A DNA stretch of 64,000 nt from Candidatus Latescibacterota bacterium (GCA_965208125.1 OZ242320.1:5152001-5216000); one strand, 5' to 3'. Shown: positions 39,067 to 51,732, counted from the first letter of the stretch. Numbers and translations: made by a program. The notes: generated by a model from the letters alone, not told the origin.

Positions 39067-42000
39067 TCAAGCATTAATTGGAGGCAGACCAATGCTTTCA
39101 GTACTCTCTTCTGCAAGAGCTTCAAAAACCTGTGATTCTTCCACCACATCTGTATCCAAATCGCGGTATTTCAAAGCACCTGTACCGGCGGGAATAAGGT
39201 GTCCGATGATCACATTTTCCTTTAATCCCAACAGCGCGTCAACTTTACCCTGTACTGCTGCTTCGGTAAGTACTCGGGTAGTTTCCTGGAAAGACGCGGC
39301 CGAAATAAAACTCTCGGTCAAAAGAGAGGCTCGTGTAATCCCCAACAAGACGGGATTGTTAGTTGCAGGATCGCCCCCTTCAGCGAGGACCTTTTCATTT
39401 TCCTCGAGAAAGCGGAATCGGTCAACGAGTTCGTCTTCGAGAAAATTGGTATCTCCAGGATCTGTCACCTGCACTTTCTGCAACATCTGTCGGACTATGG
39501 TTTCAATATGCTTATCATTGATTTTCACACCCTGGAGCCGATAAACCTGCTGAATTTCGTCAAGGAGATATTCCTGAACTTTTCGATCTCCCAGAATAGC
39601 CAGAATATCGTGTGGATTTACCGATCCTTCAGAGAGACGATCACCAGCGGTCACGCGATCACCTTCTTGCACGCGCAGATGTCGTCCGTAGGGAATGGTG
39701 TATTTTTTTTCTTCGCCCTCATCAGCCGTGATCAGGACAACACGCGAGCCTCTCACCATACCACCAAAGCGCACCGAGCCGTTGATTTCTGTTACCACAG
39801 AAGCCTCTTTGGGGCGACGTGCCTCAAAAAGCTCAGCCACACGCGGCAAACCACCTGTAATATCTCGTGTTTTACTGCGTTCTCGCGAAATCTTAGCCAG
39901 TGTATCGCCAGCTGCTACTTGATCGCCATCATGCACCACCAGACGCGCTCCCAGGGGAATGATGTAATGGCCCAGTTCTTCACCATCTTCATCAACAACC
40001 AGAATGTGTGGAGATAAGGTGCGGTCTCGGTGCTCAATCACGACCAGTCCGGCAATGCTGGTGGTTTCATCGATCTCTTCGCGATATGTCATCCCTTCTA
40101 CGAGATCCACAAACTGAACCCTACCAGCTTTGGGCGATACAATCACATTATTATAGGGGTCCCATTCGTAGAGAGCCTGGTCCTCTTCCACATCTTGTCC
40201 CTCCCGCACGCGCAACACGGCTCCATGCGGTACATGGTAGTGCCCCCCTCTTACACGCCCCTGATCATCCTGTACTTCGATCTCACCATTCCGACCGACC
40301 ACAACCCACGCATCTGCATCGCGCTGGACAAACTCGAGATGCTTAAAGATGACTTTTCCCGCACGCTTTGCACCTATCTCGGCCTGCTCGGCAATGCGGT
40401 TGGTAGTACCACCAATGTGAAAAGTGCGCAATGTCAGTTGCGTTCCCGGCTCACCCACACTCTGGGCCGCAATAACACCTACAGCCTCTCCAATATCAAC
40501 AGGTAGTCCGGTGGCGGGATTGCGACCATAACAGGCCATACAGACCCCTCGTCGAGTTTCACACGTCAATACGGACCGCACAAAGACGCCTTCAATACCT
40601 GCATCGGCAATTTTGTCGGCCAATTCTTCATCCAATAAAATGCCTGCGTCAACAATGCGGTCACCTGTAATGGGGTCTTCCACATCCTCTAGCACTGTGC
40701 GTCCTACAATGCGATCAGACAGCGATTCAACAACTTCTTCTCCTTCTTTCAGAGCTTCCATCTCAATGCCCAATATCGTTCCGCAATCGGCTTCAGAAAT
40801 AACCACATCTTGCGACACATCCACCATGCGACGCGTCAAGTATCCCGCTTCAGCGGTCTTCAAGGCCGTATCAGCCAGCCCCTTGCGACTGCCGTGCGTC
40901 GAAATAAAATACTCAAGCACGGTCAGACCTTCTTTAAGTGACGAAACAATAGGTGTTTCAATAATTTCGCCAATCGCTCCCGTCAATTTTTTTTGCGGTT
41001 TATTCATCAGCCCGCGCATACCACCGAGTTGCTTGATCTGATCGTCGTTGCCTCGCGCACCCGAATCCTTCATAATCCAGATCGAATTGAAGCCATCTTC
41101 GGCTTTTTCAAATGCACCAATCATAGCCTGGGCAATGTGATTAGTCGTATGCTGCCACACATCAATCACTTTGTTGTAGCGTTCGCCCTCAGTAATAGCC
41201 CCGATCGCGTGTTGTTCAATAATTTTTTCCACTTCGTCCATAGCACCGGTAATCAACTCTTCCTTTTCGGGAGGCACGACCACATCGCTCACCGCAATCG
41301 AAATACCCGACTGCGTCGCATAATCGTATCCCAATTTCTTCAAGCCATCGAGAAAATCTGTCGTAATGCGGTTGCCATACCGACTGTGGACTTCAGAAGA
41401 AACTTTGCGGATACCTTTGTCATCGATCAATTCATTGATAAAGGACATCGTTTCGGGGATAATTTCATTAAAAATGACGCGCCCAACTGTAGTTATCAAA
41501 AGTTTGCCATCAATGCGAACGCGCACGGCTTCGTGCAGGCCAATGCGTTCAAAATCATATGCCATGCGAGCTTCATCGGTACTGCTAAAGGTTTTGAGGT
41601 CCTCTTCCTTACCGTGAACAATTTTTGTCAGATAATACAAGCCCAATGCTATTTCCTGGGGTTTATCGACCACAACAGGAGACCCATCGGCGGGTTTGAG
41701 CAAATTGTTTGAAGACAGCATCAATACCCGCGCTTCAATCTGGGCCTCAAAAGAAAGCGGCAGGTGCACGGCCATCTGATCACCGTCAAAATCGGCATTA
41801 AATGCCGCACAGACCAGAGGGTGAATGCGAATGGCTTTGCCTTCTACAAGCACGGGTAAAAACGCCTGAATGCCCAGGCGATGCAATGTCGGGGCGCGAT
41901 TGAGTAAAACGCAGTGATCCTGGATAATTTCTTCGAGAATATCCCATACTTCAACGCGCTCGCGTTCGACCAATTTTTTTGCACTTTTAACGGTTTGAAC

Positions 42001-43158
42001 AAGCCCTTTTTCTTCGAGCCGCCGAATAATAAATGGCTTGAATAATTCCAGAGCCATATGTTTGGGCAGGCCACATTGATAAAGCCTCAAATGAGGATCG
42101 ACTACAATCACAGAACGGCCCGAATAATCGACGCGTTTACCCAAAAGATTCTGGCGGAATCGGCCCTGTTTACCCTTGAGCAGATCGGAAAGTGACTTGA
42201 GAGATCGATTGCCATCACCGCGAACAGCACGGGACCGGCGACCATTGTCAAACAGGGCATCTACAGCCTCTTGAAGCATGCGTTTTTCATTGCGTAAAAT
42301 GACTTCGGGCGCTTTGATTTCAATCAGTTTTTTTAGCCGATTATTTCTATTGATCACGCGGCGATATAAATCGTTGAGATCCGAAGTTGCGAACCGCCCG
42401 CCTTCTAAGGGCACAAGAGGACGCAAGTCGGGCGGGATGACGGGAATCACATCGAGAATCATCCAATCGGGCTGATTGTCCGATTGACGGAAAGCTTCAA
42501 CGACCTTGAGGCGTTTGAGCGCCTCTTGTTTGCGCTGCACCGAAGTCTCGAAACGAGCTTGTGTTCGCAGTTCGGCAGATAAATCCTCAATATCGATCGC
42601 AGACAGCAGTTTTTTGATCGCACCAGCTCCCATATCCACTTCAAACGAATACCCCTCGTCTTCTAGTTCAATCACCTCATCTTCAGTGAGCAAATCTTTG
42701 GATTTGAGCTCTGGTGCGTCGCCAGGATCAAGTACCACATATGATTCGTAGTAAATAATCCGCTCGAGATTGCGAACGGAAAGATTGAGCAAATACCCCA
42801 TGCGAGACGGCAGAGACTTAAAAAACCAGATATGTGTCACCGGAACCGCCAATTCGATATGTCCCAGTCGTTCTCGTCTGACTTTCGATTGGGTCACTTC
42901 TACCCCACACCGATCGCATACCACACCACGGTACCGAATTCGTTTGTATTTACCGCAATGGCACTCCCAGTCTTTAACAGGTCCAAAAATGCATTCGCAA
43001 AATAAACCATCGCGCTCGGGCTTAAAAGACCGATAATTGATGGTTTCCGGTTTGGTGACCTCGCCGCGCGACCACCCGCGGATGGTATCTGGCGAAGCCA
43101 GTTGAATGCGAATAGAATTAAAGTCTAAGGGTTGATTGGCAAAATTGGTATCGGCCAC
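39067..43158 (-). CDS. rpoC: RNA polymerase subunit beta'
   Basis: NADFDGD catalytic motif, N-terminal Zn finger, 'GEPGTQLT'. Confidence 0.98.
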   Translation of the reverse strand: MADTNFANQPLDFNSIRIQLASPDTIRGWSRGEVTKPETINYRSFKPERDGLFCECIFGPVKDWECHCGKYKRIRYRGVVCDRCGVEVTQSKVRRERLGHIELAVPVTHIWFFKSLPSRMGYLLNLSVRNLERIIYYESYVVLDPGDAPELKSKDLLTEDEVIELEDEGYSFEVDMGAGAIKKLLSAIDIEDLSAELRTQARFETSVQRKQEALKRLKVVEAFRQSDNQPDWMILDVIPVIPPDLRPLVPLEGGRFATSDLNDLYRRVINRNNRLKKLIEIKAPEVILRNEKRMLQEAVDALFDNGRRSRAVRGDGNRSLKSLSDLLKGKQGRFRQNLLGKRVDYSGRSVIVVDPHLRLYQCGLPKHMALELFKPFIIRRLEEKGLVQTVKSAKKLVERERVEVWDILEEIIQDHCVLLNRAPTLHRLGIQAFLPVLVEGKAIRIHPLVCAAFNADFDGDQMAVHLPLSFEAQIEARVLMLSSNNLLKPADGSPVVVDKPQEIALGLYYLTKIVHGKEEDLKTFSSTDEARMAYDFERIGLHEAVRVRIDGKLLITTVGRVIFNEIIPETMSFINELIDDKGIRKVSSEVHSRYGNRITTDFLDGLKKLGYDYATQSGISIAVSDVVVPPEKEELITGAMDEVEKIIEQHAIGAITEGERYNKVIDVWQHTTNHIAQAMIGAFEKAEDGFNSIWIMKDSGARGNDDQIKQLGGMRGLMNKPQKKLTGAIGEIIETPIVSSLKEGLTVLEYFISTHGSRKGLADTALKTAEAGYLTRRMVDVSQDVVISEADCGTILGIEMEALKEGEEVVESLSDRIVGRTVLEDVEDPITGDRIVDAGILLDEELADKIADAGIEGVFVRSVLTCETRRGVCMACYGRNPATGLPVDIGEAVGVIAAQSVGEPGTQLTLRTFHIGGTTNRIAEQAEIGAKRAGKVIFKHLEFVQRDADAWVVVGRNGEIEVQDDQGRVRGGHYHVPHGAVLRVREGQDVEEDQALYEWDPYNNVIVSPKAGRVQFVDLVEGMTYREEIDETTSIAGLVVIEHRDRTLSPHILVVDEDGEELGHYIIPLGARLVVHDGDQVAAGDTLAKISRERSKTRDITGGLPRVAELFEARRPKEASVVTEINGSVRFGGMVRGSRVVLITADEGEEKKYTIPYGRHLRVQEGDRVTAGDRLSEGSVNPHDILAILGDRKVQEYLLDEIQQVYRLQGVKINDKHIETIVRQMLQKVQVTDPGDTNFLEDELVDRFRFLEENEKVLAEGGDPATNNPVLLGITRASLLTESFISAASFQETTRVLTEAAVQGKVDALLGLKENVIIGHLIPAGTGALKYRDLDTDVVEESQVFEALAEESTESIGLPPINA

Positions 43159-43188
43159 GAGAGAACCCCCTTTTCAAATCTTATGTCG

Positions 43189-46100
43189 TCAGTCAATCTG
43201 CGCGTTTTCGAGTACCACGTCCAAACACAGACTTTGCAATTCTTTGACCAGAACATTAAATGATTCTGGCACACCGGGTTCGGGTGGATTTTCTCCCTTT
43301 ACAATAGTCTCGTAAATTTTGGATCTACCCGCTACATCGTCGGATTTAACAGTGAGCATTTCCTGTAACATGTGTGCAGCACCATAAGCTTCGAGCGCCC
43401 AGACTTCCATTTCCCCAAAGCGCTGTCCGCCAAACTGAGCTTTACCGCCCAAAGGTTGCTGTGTGACCAGTGAATAGGGTCCAATCGAACGCGCGTGAAT
43501 CTTATCACTGACCAGATGCGACAGCTTCAACATATAAATGATGCCGACCATCACTTCTTTATCAAATGATTCCCCTGTTTTGCCATCGTAAAGGGGCGTT
43601 TTTCCGTTTTCGGGCAAACCAGCTTCTCGCAACATATTCTGGACATCGTCCATGCTCGCGCCATCAAACACAGGGGTCGCAAAGTGGAGATCCAGTTTGT
43701 GGGCTGCCCAACCTAAATGGGTTTCGAGGATTTGACCGAGATTCATGCGAGATGGTACACCGAGCGGATTCAAAACCAGATCAATGGGCGTACCATCGGG
43801 CAAATAGGGCATATCTTCTTCGGGTACAATAATCGAAATTACACCCTTGTTGCCGTGCCTACCGGCCATTTTATCCCCTACCATCAATTTTCTTTTGCGA
43901 GCGACATACACCTTCACCAGTTGCACAATGCCCGGCGGAAGTTCATCTCCGCGCGCGATTTTTTCAAGCTCTCGCTCGAGTTCTTCCTCCGCCTGCTGCA
44001 TCACGTAAGCGGCCAGTTCAATCAGTCGATCCACCTTTTGGGTTATCGCTGGACCATCACACCAATCCCCATCGGGTCTCACAGCACCCAAGTCAAATTT
44101 TTCCAGCAACCTTGCATTCAGCGCCGTGCCAGCCTTTACAACCACCTTGCCTTCTTCATCGCGCAAGGTATTGACTTTGCGATTTTTGAGAAGAGCCAAA
44201 ACCTGCTGATCGCGGCTTTGTTTTAATGACTCAATCTTGTCGGAAATGCGTTTTCCAGCAGCTTGGGCCTTTTCTCTGTCTTCATTTCGCGTCTTTTCAT
44301 CGCGCTCTTTACGAGAAAAAACTTTGCGATCCATGACCACGCCATCCATTCCCGGAGGAGCTTTGAGCGATGCATCGCGCACATCGCCGGCCTTTTCGCC
44401 AAAAATCGCACGCAACAAACGCTCTTCAGGCGACAATTCGGTTTCGCCCTTTGGGGTCACCTTCCCAACGAGAATATCACCCTGATTGACCTCTGCCCCC
44501 ACGCGAATGATGCCGTGCTCATCGAGATTGCGAACAGCTTGCTCACTCACGTTGGGAATTTCACGCGTAATTTCTTCTGTGCCGCGTTTGGTATCGCGGA
44601 CCTGGAGCTCAAATTCTTCAATGCTAATTGACGTAAAAATATCCTTTTTAATGAGCCGTTCAGAAACAATAATAGCATCTTCAAAGTTGTACCCATGCCA
44701 CGACATAAACGCCACGAGCACATTGGCACCCAGTGCGAGATCCCCTCTATCTGTGGCACAACCATCGGCCAATAACTGCCCCTTTTCAACTTTATCCCCA
44801 ACCTGTACGGCTGGGCGCTGGTTGATACAAAAATCCTGATTGGATCGCTTGAATTTGGTCAGATCGTAAATGTCTTCTTCAGACAGCGAAATGGTTTCAA
44901 TACTGCGACTTTTTCTGCGCCTAACGACAATTTTGTCGGCACTGACATACGTCACAACACCGGCGTTTTTCGCAATGATCACAGCTTTTGAATCAACGGC
45001 AACTTTGCGCTCGAGGCCCGTTCCAACACGCGGGGCATCAGTGATTAAGAGAGGCACACCTTGCCGCTGCATATTAGACCCCATCAATGCGCGGTTGGCC
45101 TCATCGTGCTCGAGAAAGGGAATGAGCCCGGCGGCGGCACTCACAAGCTGGAAAGGTGAAACGTCCATATAGTCAATCACTTCGGGATCGACCACGGGAA
45201 AATCGCCTCGCCGCCTCGCCTGCACGACAGTATTTTGAAACCCGCCCTTATCATCAAGCGACAGATTGGCCTGTGCAATAGTATGGCGATCTTCTTCATC
45301 GGCAGGCAAATATGCAATATCCTGTGTAACTTTGCCATTTTTGACCTTCCGATAGGGCGTCTCGAGAAAGCCGAAAGGATTGACCTTGGCATAAGTTGCC
45401 ACAGACACAATCAGGCCAATATTTGGGCCTTCGGGCGTTTCGATGGGACAAATGCGACCATAGTGCGTGTGATGCACATCACGCACCTCAAACCCCGCCC
45501 GATCGCGCGTTAACCCCCCAGGTCCTAATGCCGACAAACGACGTTTGTGGGTCAATTCGTCAAGCGGATTGATTTGCTGCAAAAACTGCGACAATTGGCT
45601 GCTGCCAAAAAAGGCCTGAACTACAGTAGATACAGTCCGCGCGTTGACCAGATCGTGGGGGGTAAGTTGCTCAGAATCGCGCAAACTCATGCGTTCTCTA
45701 ATCGTGCGCGCCATGCGTGCCAAACCAATACTAAATTGCTTGGAGAGCAGTTCGCCAACGGAGCGCACCCGCCGATTGCCCAAATGATCGATATCATCGG
45801 TAAACCCATCCCCCATGGCCAGGCTTAGTAGATAGCCAATGACGTTAATAAAGTCATCGATACACAGCATGGTGAAGTCAAGCGGAATATTATCGATCAT
45901 ATCCAAACGCTGGTTAATGCGATAGCGTCCAACAGTGCCCAGATTATAACGCCTGGGACTAAAAAAATGTCGCTCGAGCAATCCGCGTGCAGTTTCAATA
46001 TTGGGTGGATCGCCAGGGCGCAGCAGGCTATAAATCCGCGCGAGTGCTTCTTCCTCATTGTCACACGGATCTTTGTCCAGCGTATTGTTAATAATCCCGC

Positions 46101-47049
46101 CATCGTTTTCTGGATCGATATCCATCACTGTGATTTTGACGATCCGATTTTCCTTAAGGGCTAAGAGATGCTCCTCCATCAACGTGGTATATGCTTCGAC
46201 AATGACTTCGCCTGTCTTTTTATTTACCACATCTTCGGTAACAATTTGACCAAGCCAGTTCTTATATCCTTCGAGGAGGTCGGCATCATCGCTGGCTTTG
46301 GTAATGGCCTCCTGCTGCTCTTTAGTGACAATGCCACCGACGAGTTCTTCAGTAACTCTGACTGTGGTATCACCGTGAAAAATGCCCAGAATTTCCTCGA
46401 ACTTGTCAAACCCCAAAGCTCTCAACAAAGTCGTAACTGGCAATTTGCGTTTGCGGTCGATATGAACGTACATAATGTCGTTGATATCGAGACTAAATTC
46501 GAGCCAGGCTCCGTTGTCGGGAATGATTCTAGCTGAAAATAAACGCTTGCCATTAGGATGAATAGTGTCGTCAAAAAATACGCCAGGAGACCGGTGTAGT
46601 TGGCTGACGATCACGCGTTCTGAACCATTGATGACAAATGTACCTTCATCGGTCATCAATGGCAGTTCGCCCAAGAACACCGTCTGCTCGACGATATCTT
46701 TAACGCGAAATTCGCCATTCCCCTGCTTTTCTCGGGAAATCAGACGAAGCGTTGAACGCAGAGGCACGGCATAAGTCGTACCGCGTTCGAGACATTCTTG
46801 TACATCGTATTTAGGAGTTCCAACGGAATAATCTACAAACTCTAAAGAATAGAGATTGTGGGCGTCTGTGATCGGGAAAATACCGTGGAAAACCGCCTGT
46901 AGCCCTTGCTTTTCGCGTGCTACAGGCGGTATATCCTTCTGTAAAAACCAGTCATAAGAATCGATCTGGATATCCAGCAGATTCGGCATTTCGATTGCAG
47001 ACGTGAGAGTTCCATACGATTTCCGGTCAATAAATCCTCTATCTGCCAA
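43189..47049 (-). CDS. rpoB: RNA polymerase subunit beta
   Basis: '[12 protein letters not shown]', 'GGQRFGEME', '[12 protein letters not shown]'. Confidence 0.98.
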   Translation of the reverse strand: MADRGFIDRKSYGTLTSAIEMPNLLDIQIDSYDWFLQKDIPPVAREKQGLQAVFHGIFPITDAHNLYSLEFVDYSVGTPKYDVQECLERGTTYAVPLRSTLRLISREKQGNGEFRVKDIVEQTVFLGELPLMTDEGTFVINGSERVIVSQLHRSPGVFFDDTIHPNGKRLFSARIIPDNGAWLEFSLDINDIMYVHIDRKRKLPVTTLLRALGFDKFEEILGIFHGDTTVRVTEELVGGIVTKEQQEAITKASDDADLLEGYKNWLGQIVTEDVVNKKTGEVIVEAYTTLMEEHLLALKENRIVKITVMDIDPENDGGIINNTLDKDPCDNEEEALARIYSLLRPGDPPNIETARGLLERHFFSPRRYNLGTVGRYRINQRLDMIDNIPLDFTMLCIDDFINVIGYLLSLAMGDGFTDDIDHLGNRRVRSVGELLSKQFSIGLARMARTIRERMSLRDSEQLTPHDLVNARTVSTVVQAFFGSSQLSQFLQQINPLDELTHKRRLSALGPGGLTRDRAGFEVRDVHHTHYGRICPIETPEGPNIGLIVSVATYAKVNPFGFLETPYRKVKNGKVTQDIAYLPADEEDRHTIAQANLSLDDKGGFQNTVVQARRRGDFPVVDPEVIDYMDVSPFQLVSAAAGLIPFLEHDEANRALMGSNMQRQGVPLLITDAPRVGTGLERKVAVDSKAVIIAKNAGVVTYVSADKIVVRRRKSRSIETISLSEEDIYDLTKFKRSNQDFCINQRPAVQVGDKVEKGQLLADGCATDRGDLALGANVLVAFMSWHGYNFEDAIIVSERLIKKDIFTSISIEEFELQVRDTKRGTEEITREIPNVSEQAVRNLDEHGIIRVGAEVNQGDILVGKVTPKGETELSPEERLLRAIFGEKAGDVRDASLKAPPGMDGVVMDRKVFSRKERDEKTRNEDREKAQAAGKRISDKIESLKQSRDQQVLALLKNRKVNTLRDEEGKVVVKAGTALNARLLEKFDLGAVRPDGDWCDGPAITQKVDRLIELAAYVMQQAEEELERELEKIARGDELPPGIVQLVKVYVARKRKLMVGDKMAGRHGNKGVISIIVPEEDMPYLPDGTPIDLVLNPLGVPSRMNLGQILETHLGWAAHKLDLHFATPVFDGASMDDVQNMLREAGLPENGKTPLYDGKTGESFDKEVMVGIIYMLKLSHLVSDKIHARSIGPYSLVTQQPLGGKAQFGGQRFGEMEVWALEAYGAAHMLQEMLTVKSDDVAGRSKIYETIVKGENPPEPGVPESFNVLVKELQSLCLDVVLENAQID

Positions 47050-47122
47050 GGGCTCACGCTCCTATGCTGGAAGGCTAACGGTCAGTTACGGATTTGTATT
47101 GCTGCACAAACTTACGACAACC

Positions 47123-47497
47123 CTACTTGAGTTCTACCACCGCACCGGCTTCTTCCAGTTCTGCCTTGATCTGTTCGGCTTCTTCTTTTTCTACGCTTTC
47201 TCTGACGGTATTGGGGGCCCCATCAACCAGAGCTTTGGCTTCTTTAAGCCCCAACGAGGTAAGGCTGCGAACAACCTTGATCACCTGGATTTTCTTGTCT
47301 CCAGAAGACGACAAAATCACATCAAATTCTGTCTGCTCTTCAACAGCGGGAGCAGCATCACCGCCACCGCCGCCGGGTGCTGCAACAACAGCTGCCTGTG
47401 CAGTCACACCAAACTTTTCCTCAAGTGCTTTGACCAATTCGGCCAACTCGAGCACTGAGAGTTTTTCAATTTCGCTAATAATGGATTCAACAGCCAT
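47123..47497 (-). CDS. rplL: 50S ribosomal protein L7/L12
   Basis: 'LEEKFGV', '[10 protein letters not shown]', 'LGLKEAK'. Confidence 0.97.
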   Translation of the reverse strand: MAVESIISEIEKLSVLELAELVKALEEKFGVTAQAAVVAAPGGGGGDAAPAVEEQTEFDVILSSSGDKKIQVIKVVRSLTSLGLKEAKALVDGAPNTVRESVEKEEAEQIKAELEEAGAVVELK

Positions 47498-47540
47498 GAA
47501 TATGCCTCCATCCAACAATGAATTGGGTGTGATAAGCGGT

Positions 47541-48074
47541 CTATTCGCCGCTTTCTTCCTCTTTTTTCTCAGCAACAGCTTGAAGTGTACCAACGAGTTT
47601 TTGCAAAATGCCATTCAACGTAAAGGCGAGGCCACTTATTGGACTTTGCATTGCAGATACCATCTGGCCCAGCAGAACATCGCGCGAAGGTATTTGGGCC
47701 AACCTCTCGATCTGGTCTGCGACAAATATATCGCCATCAATGTACCCGGCTTTAATCGCAGGCTTGCCATCGGTTTCTTCAGCGAATTTGGACAGTACAC
47801 GGGCCGGTGCTACGGGGTCTTCATCGGCGCAAACAAGCCCAGTGGGACCGCGGAACACATCGTCGAGTCCTTCAACTCCGGCTTGTTTAAGTGCCAATTT
47901 AGCCAACCGATTTTTGATTACGCGGTAAGAAACCGATTCTTCGCGGAGTTGCTTTCTCAACAGGGTGAATGAAGGAACGTCTAACCCCGTAAAATCAGTT
48001 AGATATACCCCCTTGGCCCGTTTTAAGATATCTGTCAATTCTGCGACAGTAGCCTCTTTTTGAGCTGTTGGCAT
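47541..48074 (-). CDS. rplJ: 50S ribosomal protein L10
   Basis: 'DFTGL', 'VIKNRL', 'GPTG'; operon position. Confidence 0.95.
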   Translation of the reverse strand: MPTAQKEATVAELTDILKRAKGVYLTDFTGLDVPSFTLLRKQLREESVSYRVIKNRLAKLALKQAGVEGLDDVFRGPTGLVCADEDPVAPARVLSKFAEETDGKPAIKAGYIDGDIFVADQIERLAQIPSRDVLLGQMVSAMQSPISGLAFTLNGILQKLVGTLQAVAEKKEEESGE

Positions 48075-48091
48075 TTCTGTACCTTCCTTAA

Positions 48092-48793
48092 TCAATTGGC
48101 CGCCAGCGCGGTGCGGTCCAGGCGGATACCCGGCCCCATTGTAGTAGATAATGTGACAGAGCGCATGTACTGCCCTTTTGTAGCAGCTGGACGCGCTTTA
48201 ATAATTGCGTCGATCAATACCTGGGCATTTTCCCGAAGGCGCTGTGCATCAAAAGACGCTTTGCCCACAGGCGTATGCACATTGGCCGTTCTATCGACTC
48301 GATATTCTACGCGTCCCGCTTTGGCTTCCTGCACCGCACGTGCCGCATCGGGTGTCACTGTGCCACTCTTGGGATTGGGCATGAGACCTCGAGGTCCAAG
48401 AATACGTCCCAATCGTCCGACCTGTCCCATCATGTCGGGCGTAGCAATAGCCACATCGAAATCTGTCCAGCCACCATTGATCTTTTCCACCAGGTCTTCG
48501 GCTCCTACAAAATCTGCACCCGTCGCTTCGGCAGCAGTAGCAGGCTCGCCCTTGGCAAAAACGGCAACGCGTACGGATTTGCCCAGCCCGTGTGGCAAGA
48601 CGACTGTGCCGCGCACGAGTTGGTCGGCTTGCCGCGGATCAATGCCCAGTCGAAACGTAATCTCAACTGTTTCGTCAAATTTTCGAATGGGCATTTTTTT
48701 TAAGATGTCAATGGCGTCGGCCAGACCGTAATGCGTTTGGCGGTCAAAAAGCGCAGCCGCTTGTTTATAGCGTTTGGATTGCCCTCGTGCCAT
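48092..48793 (-). CDS. rplA: 50S ribosomal protein L1
   Basis: 'KFDETVE', '[16 protein letters not shown]', 'TTMGPG'. Confidence 0.97.
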   Translation of the reverse strand: MARGQSKRYKQAAALFDRQTHYGLADAIDILKKMPIRKFDETVEITFRLGIDPRQADQLVRGTVVLPHGLGKSVRVAVFAKGEPATAAEATGADFVGAEDLVEKINGGWTDFDVAIATPDMMGQVGRLGRILGPRGLMPNPKSGTVTPDAARAVQEAKAGRVEYRVDRTANVHTPVGKASFDAQRLRENAQVLIDAIIKARPAATKGQYMRSVTLSTTMGPGIRLDRTALAAN

Positions 48794-48805
48794 ACATACC
48801 TCCGG

Positions 48806-49231
48806 TCAATTGTTGACGGTCAGGCCCATACTGCGAGCCGTTCCTGCAATCATGCGCTTGGCAGCTTCGACGCTGCTCGCGTTGAGGTCTTGAACTTTCA
48901 TTTCTGCAATTTCCTGGAGTTGGGCATCGGTCACGGACCCCACTTTTTCTCGGTTGGATTCTGGCGACCCTTTGACAATCCCCGCTGCCCTTTTGAGCAA
49001 TACGGATGCAGGTGGACTTTTCAACTCAAAAGAAAAACTCCTATCCGCGTAAACCGTGATAATCGCGGGAATGATCAAACCCTGTTTGTCCTGAGTTTGT
49101 GCATTAAAAGCTTTGCAAAACTCCATGATATTGACGCCGTGCTGTCCCAAAGCTGGACCAACCGGTGGTGTGGGAGTCGCCTGCCCAGCGGGAATTTGTA
49201 ATTTGATTGTAGTGAGAATCTTTCTCGCCAT
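48806..49231 (-). CDS. rplK: 50S ribosomal protein L11
   Basis: '[19 protein letters not shown]', 'GTARSMG'. Confidence 0.97.
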   Translation of the reverse strand: MARKILTTIKLQIPAGQATPTPPVGPALGQHGVNIMEFCKAFNAQTQDKQGLIIPAIITVYADRSFSFELKSPPASVLLKRAAGIVKGSPESNREKVGSVTDAQLQEIAEMKVQDLNASSVEAAKRMIAGTARSMGLTVNN

Positions 49232-49243
49232 TGGTGCCTCTCA

Positions 49244-49780
49244 TTATCGCGATTCGACAGCTTCTTCAACCTGCAAAACATCTAATTCCACGGGTGTATT
49301 GCGTCCAAAGATGCTAACCATTACTTTGATCTTGCTCTTTTCTGGATTGATGTCGTCAACCAGGCCAATAAAATCGCTGAAAGGCCCATCTATCACCTTA
49401 ACGCGATCGCCTACTTGATATGGAACATCAGAGGTTTCCTCGACCGGACGACGCTCAATTTGCCCCAAAATGCGGTTCACCTCTTCTTCGCGTAAAGGTT
49501 GCGGTTTTCTGCCTGGACCGACAAAGCTCGTCACACCCGGCACACTGGTGACAAAATAGAGGGACTCTTTGTCCATATCCAGTTCAACCAAAAGGTAACT
49601 GGGCAAAAATTTCTTGAGAGAGGTCGTTTTCCGTCCATCCTTCATCTCGACGACTTCTTCAGTTGGCACAATCACCCGGCCAATTTTGTCGCCAACATCA
49701 ATGTTTTCTTTGGCGGCCTCAATATAGCTCTTGACCTTATTTTCATGCCCAGAATAGGTGTGGACAACGTACCATTTCAT
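49244..49780 (-). CDS. nusG: Transcription factor NusG
   Basis: 'WYVVHTYSGHENKVK', KOW 'GDRVKVIDGPF', 'IFGRNTPVEL'. Confidence 0.97.
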   Translation of the reverse strand: MKWYVVHTYSGHENKVKSYIEAAKENIDVGDKIGRVIVPTEEVVEMKDGRKTTSLKKFLPSYLLVELDMDKESLYFVTSVPGVTSFVGPGRKPQPLREEEVNRILGQIERRPVEETSDVPYQVGDRVKVIDGPFSDFIGLVDDINPEKSKIKVMVSIFGRNTPVELDVLQVEEAVESR

Positions 49781-49810
49781 CAGTCGAAGACTCCCCGACA
49801 AAAAATCCCG

Positions 49811-49996
49811 TTAAATCAGGATAAACTCCATAATACTCGCCAAAAAAGTATCTACAATATAAATGAATCCGGCCAGTGCAAGTGACAATATAAGTACTAT
49901 TGTGGTTGATGATTTGAGTTCGTCACGAGTAGGCCAGGTGACCTTTCCCATTTCAACGCGCACTTCGCTGAGAAATTGACTGATTTTACCAAACAT
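49811..49996 (-). CDS. secE: Preprotein translocase SecE
   Basis: 'EMGKVTWP' plus one TM helix, directly upstream of nusG. Confidence 0.95.
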   Translation of the reverse strand: MFGKISQFLSEVRVEMGKVTWPTRDELKSSTTIVLILSLALAGFIYIVDTFLASIMEFILI

Positions 49997-50011
49997 AAGA
50001 AAATAAAAAAA

Positions 50012-50087
50012 TGGCAGGCCAGGCAGGACTTGAACCCGCAACCGTCGGTTTTGGAGACCGATGCTCTACCAGTTGAGCTACTGACCT
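50012..50087 (-). tRNA. tRNA-Trp: tRNA-Trp (CCA)
   Basis: 76 nt cloverleaf, anticodon loop CTCCAAA, TTCAA T-loop, encoded CCA end. Confidence 0.96.
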
Positions 50088-50098
50088 ACCCAAAACAA

Positions 50099-50174
<76 letters not shown>

Positions 50175-50199
50175 GTTGGGCAATCCCCACTTGAGGTTC

Positions 50200-50276
50200 T
50201 GGAGCGGGAAACGGGACTCGAACCCGCGACCCTCAGCTTGGAAGGCTGACGCTCTGGCCAACTGAGCTATTCCCGC
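50200..50276 (-). tRNA. tRNA-Gly: tRNA-Gly (TCC)
   Basis: 77 nt, anticodon loop CTTCCAA, GTTCGA, encoded CCA. Confidence 0.96.
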
Positions 50277-50288
50277 CCGGCTGTGTAT

Positions 50289-50319
50289 AAAAAACGACCC
50301 TTTTCTGCAAAAGGGATCG
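50289..50319 (-). terminator. Terminator-like hairpin just upstream of tRNA-Gly
   Basis: Minus strand CGATCCCTTTT-gcag-AAAAGGGTCG followed by TTTTTT. Confidence 0.55.
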
Positions 50320-50352
50320 GTATTGCCAAAAAATATTTTTCCGAGAATTAGC

Positions 50353-50381
50353 AAGATATGAAAAAGATAGTCTAAGGTCAA
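50353..50381 (-). promoter_or_regulatory. sigma70 promoter upstream of tRNA-Gly
   Basis: TTGACC-17 bp-TATCTT on the minus strand. Confidence 0.55.
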
Positions 50382-50495
50382 GAGAATTTTGTATAAAATC
50401 AAACCTGTAATAGATCAAAAAAAGGTAAGTCAGCATTTTGTGTAATGCGAGCCTGGCACTTTCGCATTATTTGGGGAGGAAACAATTGGAGTTTT

Positions 50496-50581
50496 TGGTG
50501 GGGGGTGGCGGATTCGAACCACCGAAGGCATAAGCCAGCAGATTTACAGTCTGCCCCAGTTGGCCGCTTTGGTAACCCCCC
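50496..50581 (-). tRNA. tRNA-Tyr: tRNA-Tyr (GTA)
   Basis: 86 nt with long variable arm, anticodon loop CTGTAAA, encoded CCA. Confidence 0.96.
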
Positions 50582-50599
50582 AAATTGTACAGGCTTGAA

Positions 50600-50686
50600 A
50601 AAATACCAGAAGATATTTCGATAGTCAAGACCAAAATCGCTCAATGCCAATTGCAGATTGACAAATTCGCCTACCTTTGCTATTTT
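50600..50686. promoter_or_regulatory. Back-to-back sigma70 promoters
   Basis: Minus: TTGACT(50628-50623)-17-TATTTT; plus: TTGACA(50658)-17-TATTTT(50681). Confidence 0.6.
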
Positions 50687-50747
50687 CCGAGTTCAGTTTT
50701 CCGCAGTTAATCTTCTCTTGTCAGATGCCTGTTGTGAAAGGAGCAAA

Positions 50748-51662
50748 ATGACCGACCCCATTCAAAATTATGCGCGTATTGGTATTGTTCACTTTATGGC
50801 CTATAAAGCCTGCATTGGAGGCGAAGGCCCGATTTTGGAAACCCTGGAAAAAATTGCCCTTGACCCCTATTTCCAGGTCGTTGAAGTCACCCACATGAAA
50901 GACCCGCAAGTGCGCACACAAGCACGCGACTTACTCACCGCTGCCCACATGGATGTGGCTTTTGGAGCGCAACCCATTCTGCTGGGCAATCAGCTCAATA
51001 TCAATGCCCCCGATGTCGCCCAACGTCAAAGTGCTGTTGACGCCGTCAAAGTGGGAATTGACCAGGCAGAAGCACTCGGTGCTCCAGGGTGTGCCCTGCT
51101 TTCAGGCGTAGATCCGGGTCCCGAGGGCCGCGAAGAAGGTCTCGACCTGCTGGTAGATTCTTTGAGCCAACTCTGCGAGTATGCCAGCGAAAAAAATATG
51201 GACATTGTACTTGAAACCTTTGACCGCGTACCTTATGGCAAAAATTGTATTGTAGGGCCTAATGCCCTCGCCGTTGAAGTATCAAACCGCCTCAGACGTC
51301 AGTATCCCAATTTTGGCCTGATGCTCGATTTGAGCCATTTTCCACTTCAAGGTGAAGACACGGTTTACGCCATCAACATCGCGCGGGATCACATCGTTCA
51401 CATGCACGTTGGCAATTGCGTGATGTCCAACCCCAATCACCCTGCCTATGGCGATAACCATCCCCGATTTGGCTGTGAAGATGGCGAAAACGATGTACCC
51501 GAAGTTGTGGAATTTCTCCGCGAACTGCTCAATATCGGTTACCTCGATCCCGATAAGCGTCCCATCCTTAGCTTTGAAGTCTCTCCGATGGAAGGAGAAT
51601 CTTCGGAAATAATTATTGCCAATGCCAAGCGCGTGCTCGACGAGGCCTGGGCGCAAGTCTAA
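50748..51662 (+). CDS. Sugar phosphate isomerase/epimerase (xylose isomerase-like TIM barrel)
   Basis: Metal ligands 'VLETFD', 'LDLSH', 'HMHVGN', 'SFEV'; ATG after AGGAG. Confidence 0.8.
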   Translation: MTDPIQNYARIGIVHFMAYKACIGGEGPILETLEKIALDPYFQVVEVTHMKDPQVRTQARDLLTAAHMDVAFGAQPILLGNQLNINAPDVAQRQSAVDAVKVGIDQAEALGAPGCALLSGVDPGPEGREEGLDLLVDSLSQLCEYASEKNMDIVLETFDRVPYGKNCIVGPNALAVEVSNRLRRQYPNFGLMLDLSHFPLQGEDTVYAINIARDHIVHMHVGNCVMSNPNHPAYGDNHPRFGCEDGENDVPEVVEFLRELLNIGYLDPDKRPILSFEVSPMEGESSEIIIANAKRVLDEAWAQV

Positions 51663-51677
51663 ACGCGCACTCAAACT

Positions 51678-51720
51678 AAAAAAGCCGGACCTTCCGAGAT
51701 GGAAAGGTCCGGCTTTTTTT
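51678..51720. terminator. Bidirectional intrinsic terminator
   Basis: AAAAAAGCCGGACCTT...AAGGTCCGGCTTTTTTT. Confidence 0.9.
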
Positions 51721-51732
51721 ATCGCGAAATAC

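Noticed and set aside
21181-49885. Many plus-strand ORFs opposite ribosomal and RNAP genes (e.g. 47094-47972, 40993-41712, 48060-48731)
   Set aside because: Antisense shadows of highly conserved genes, with no motifs of their own
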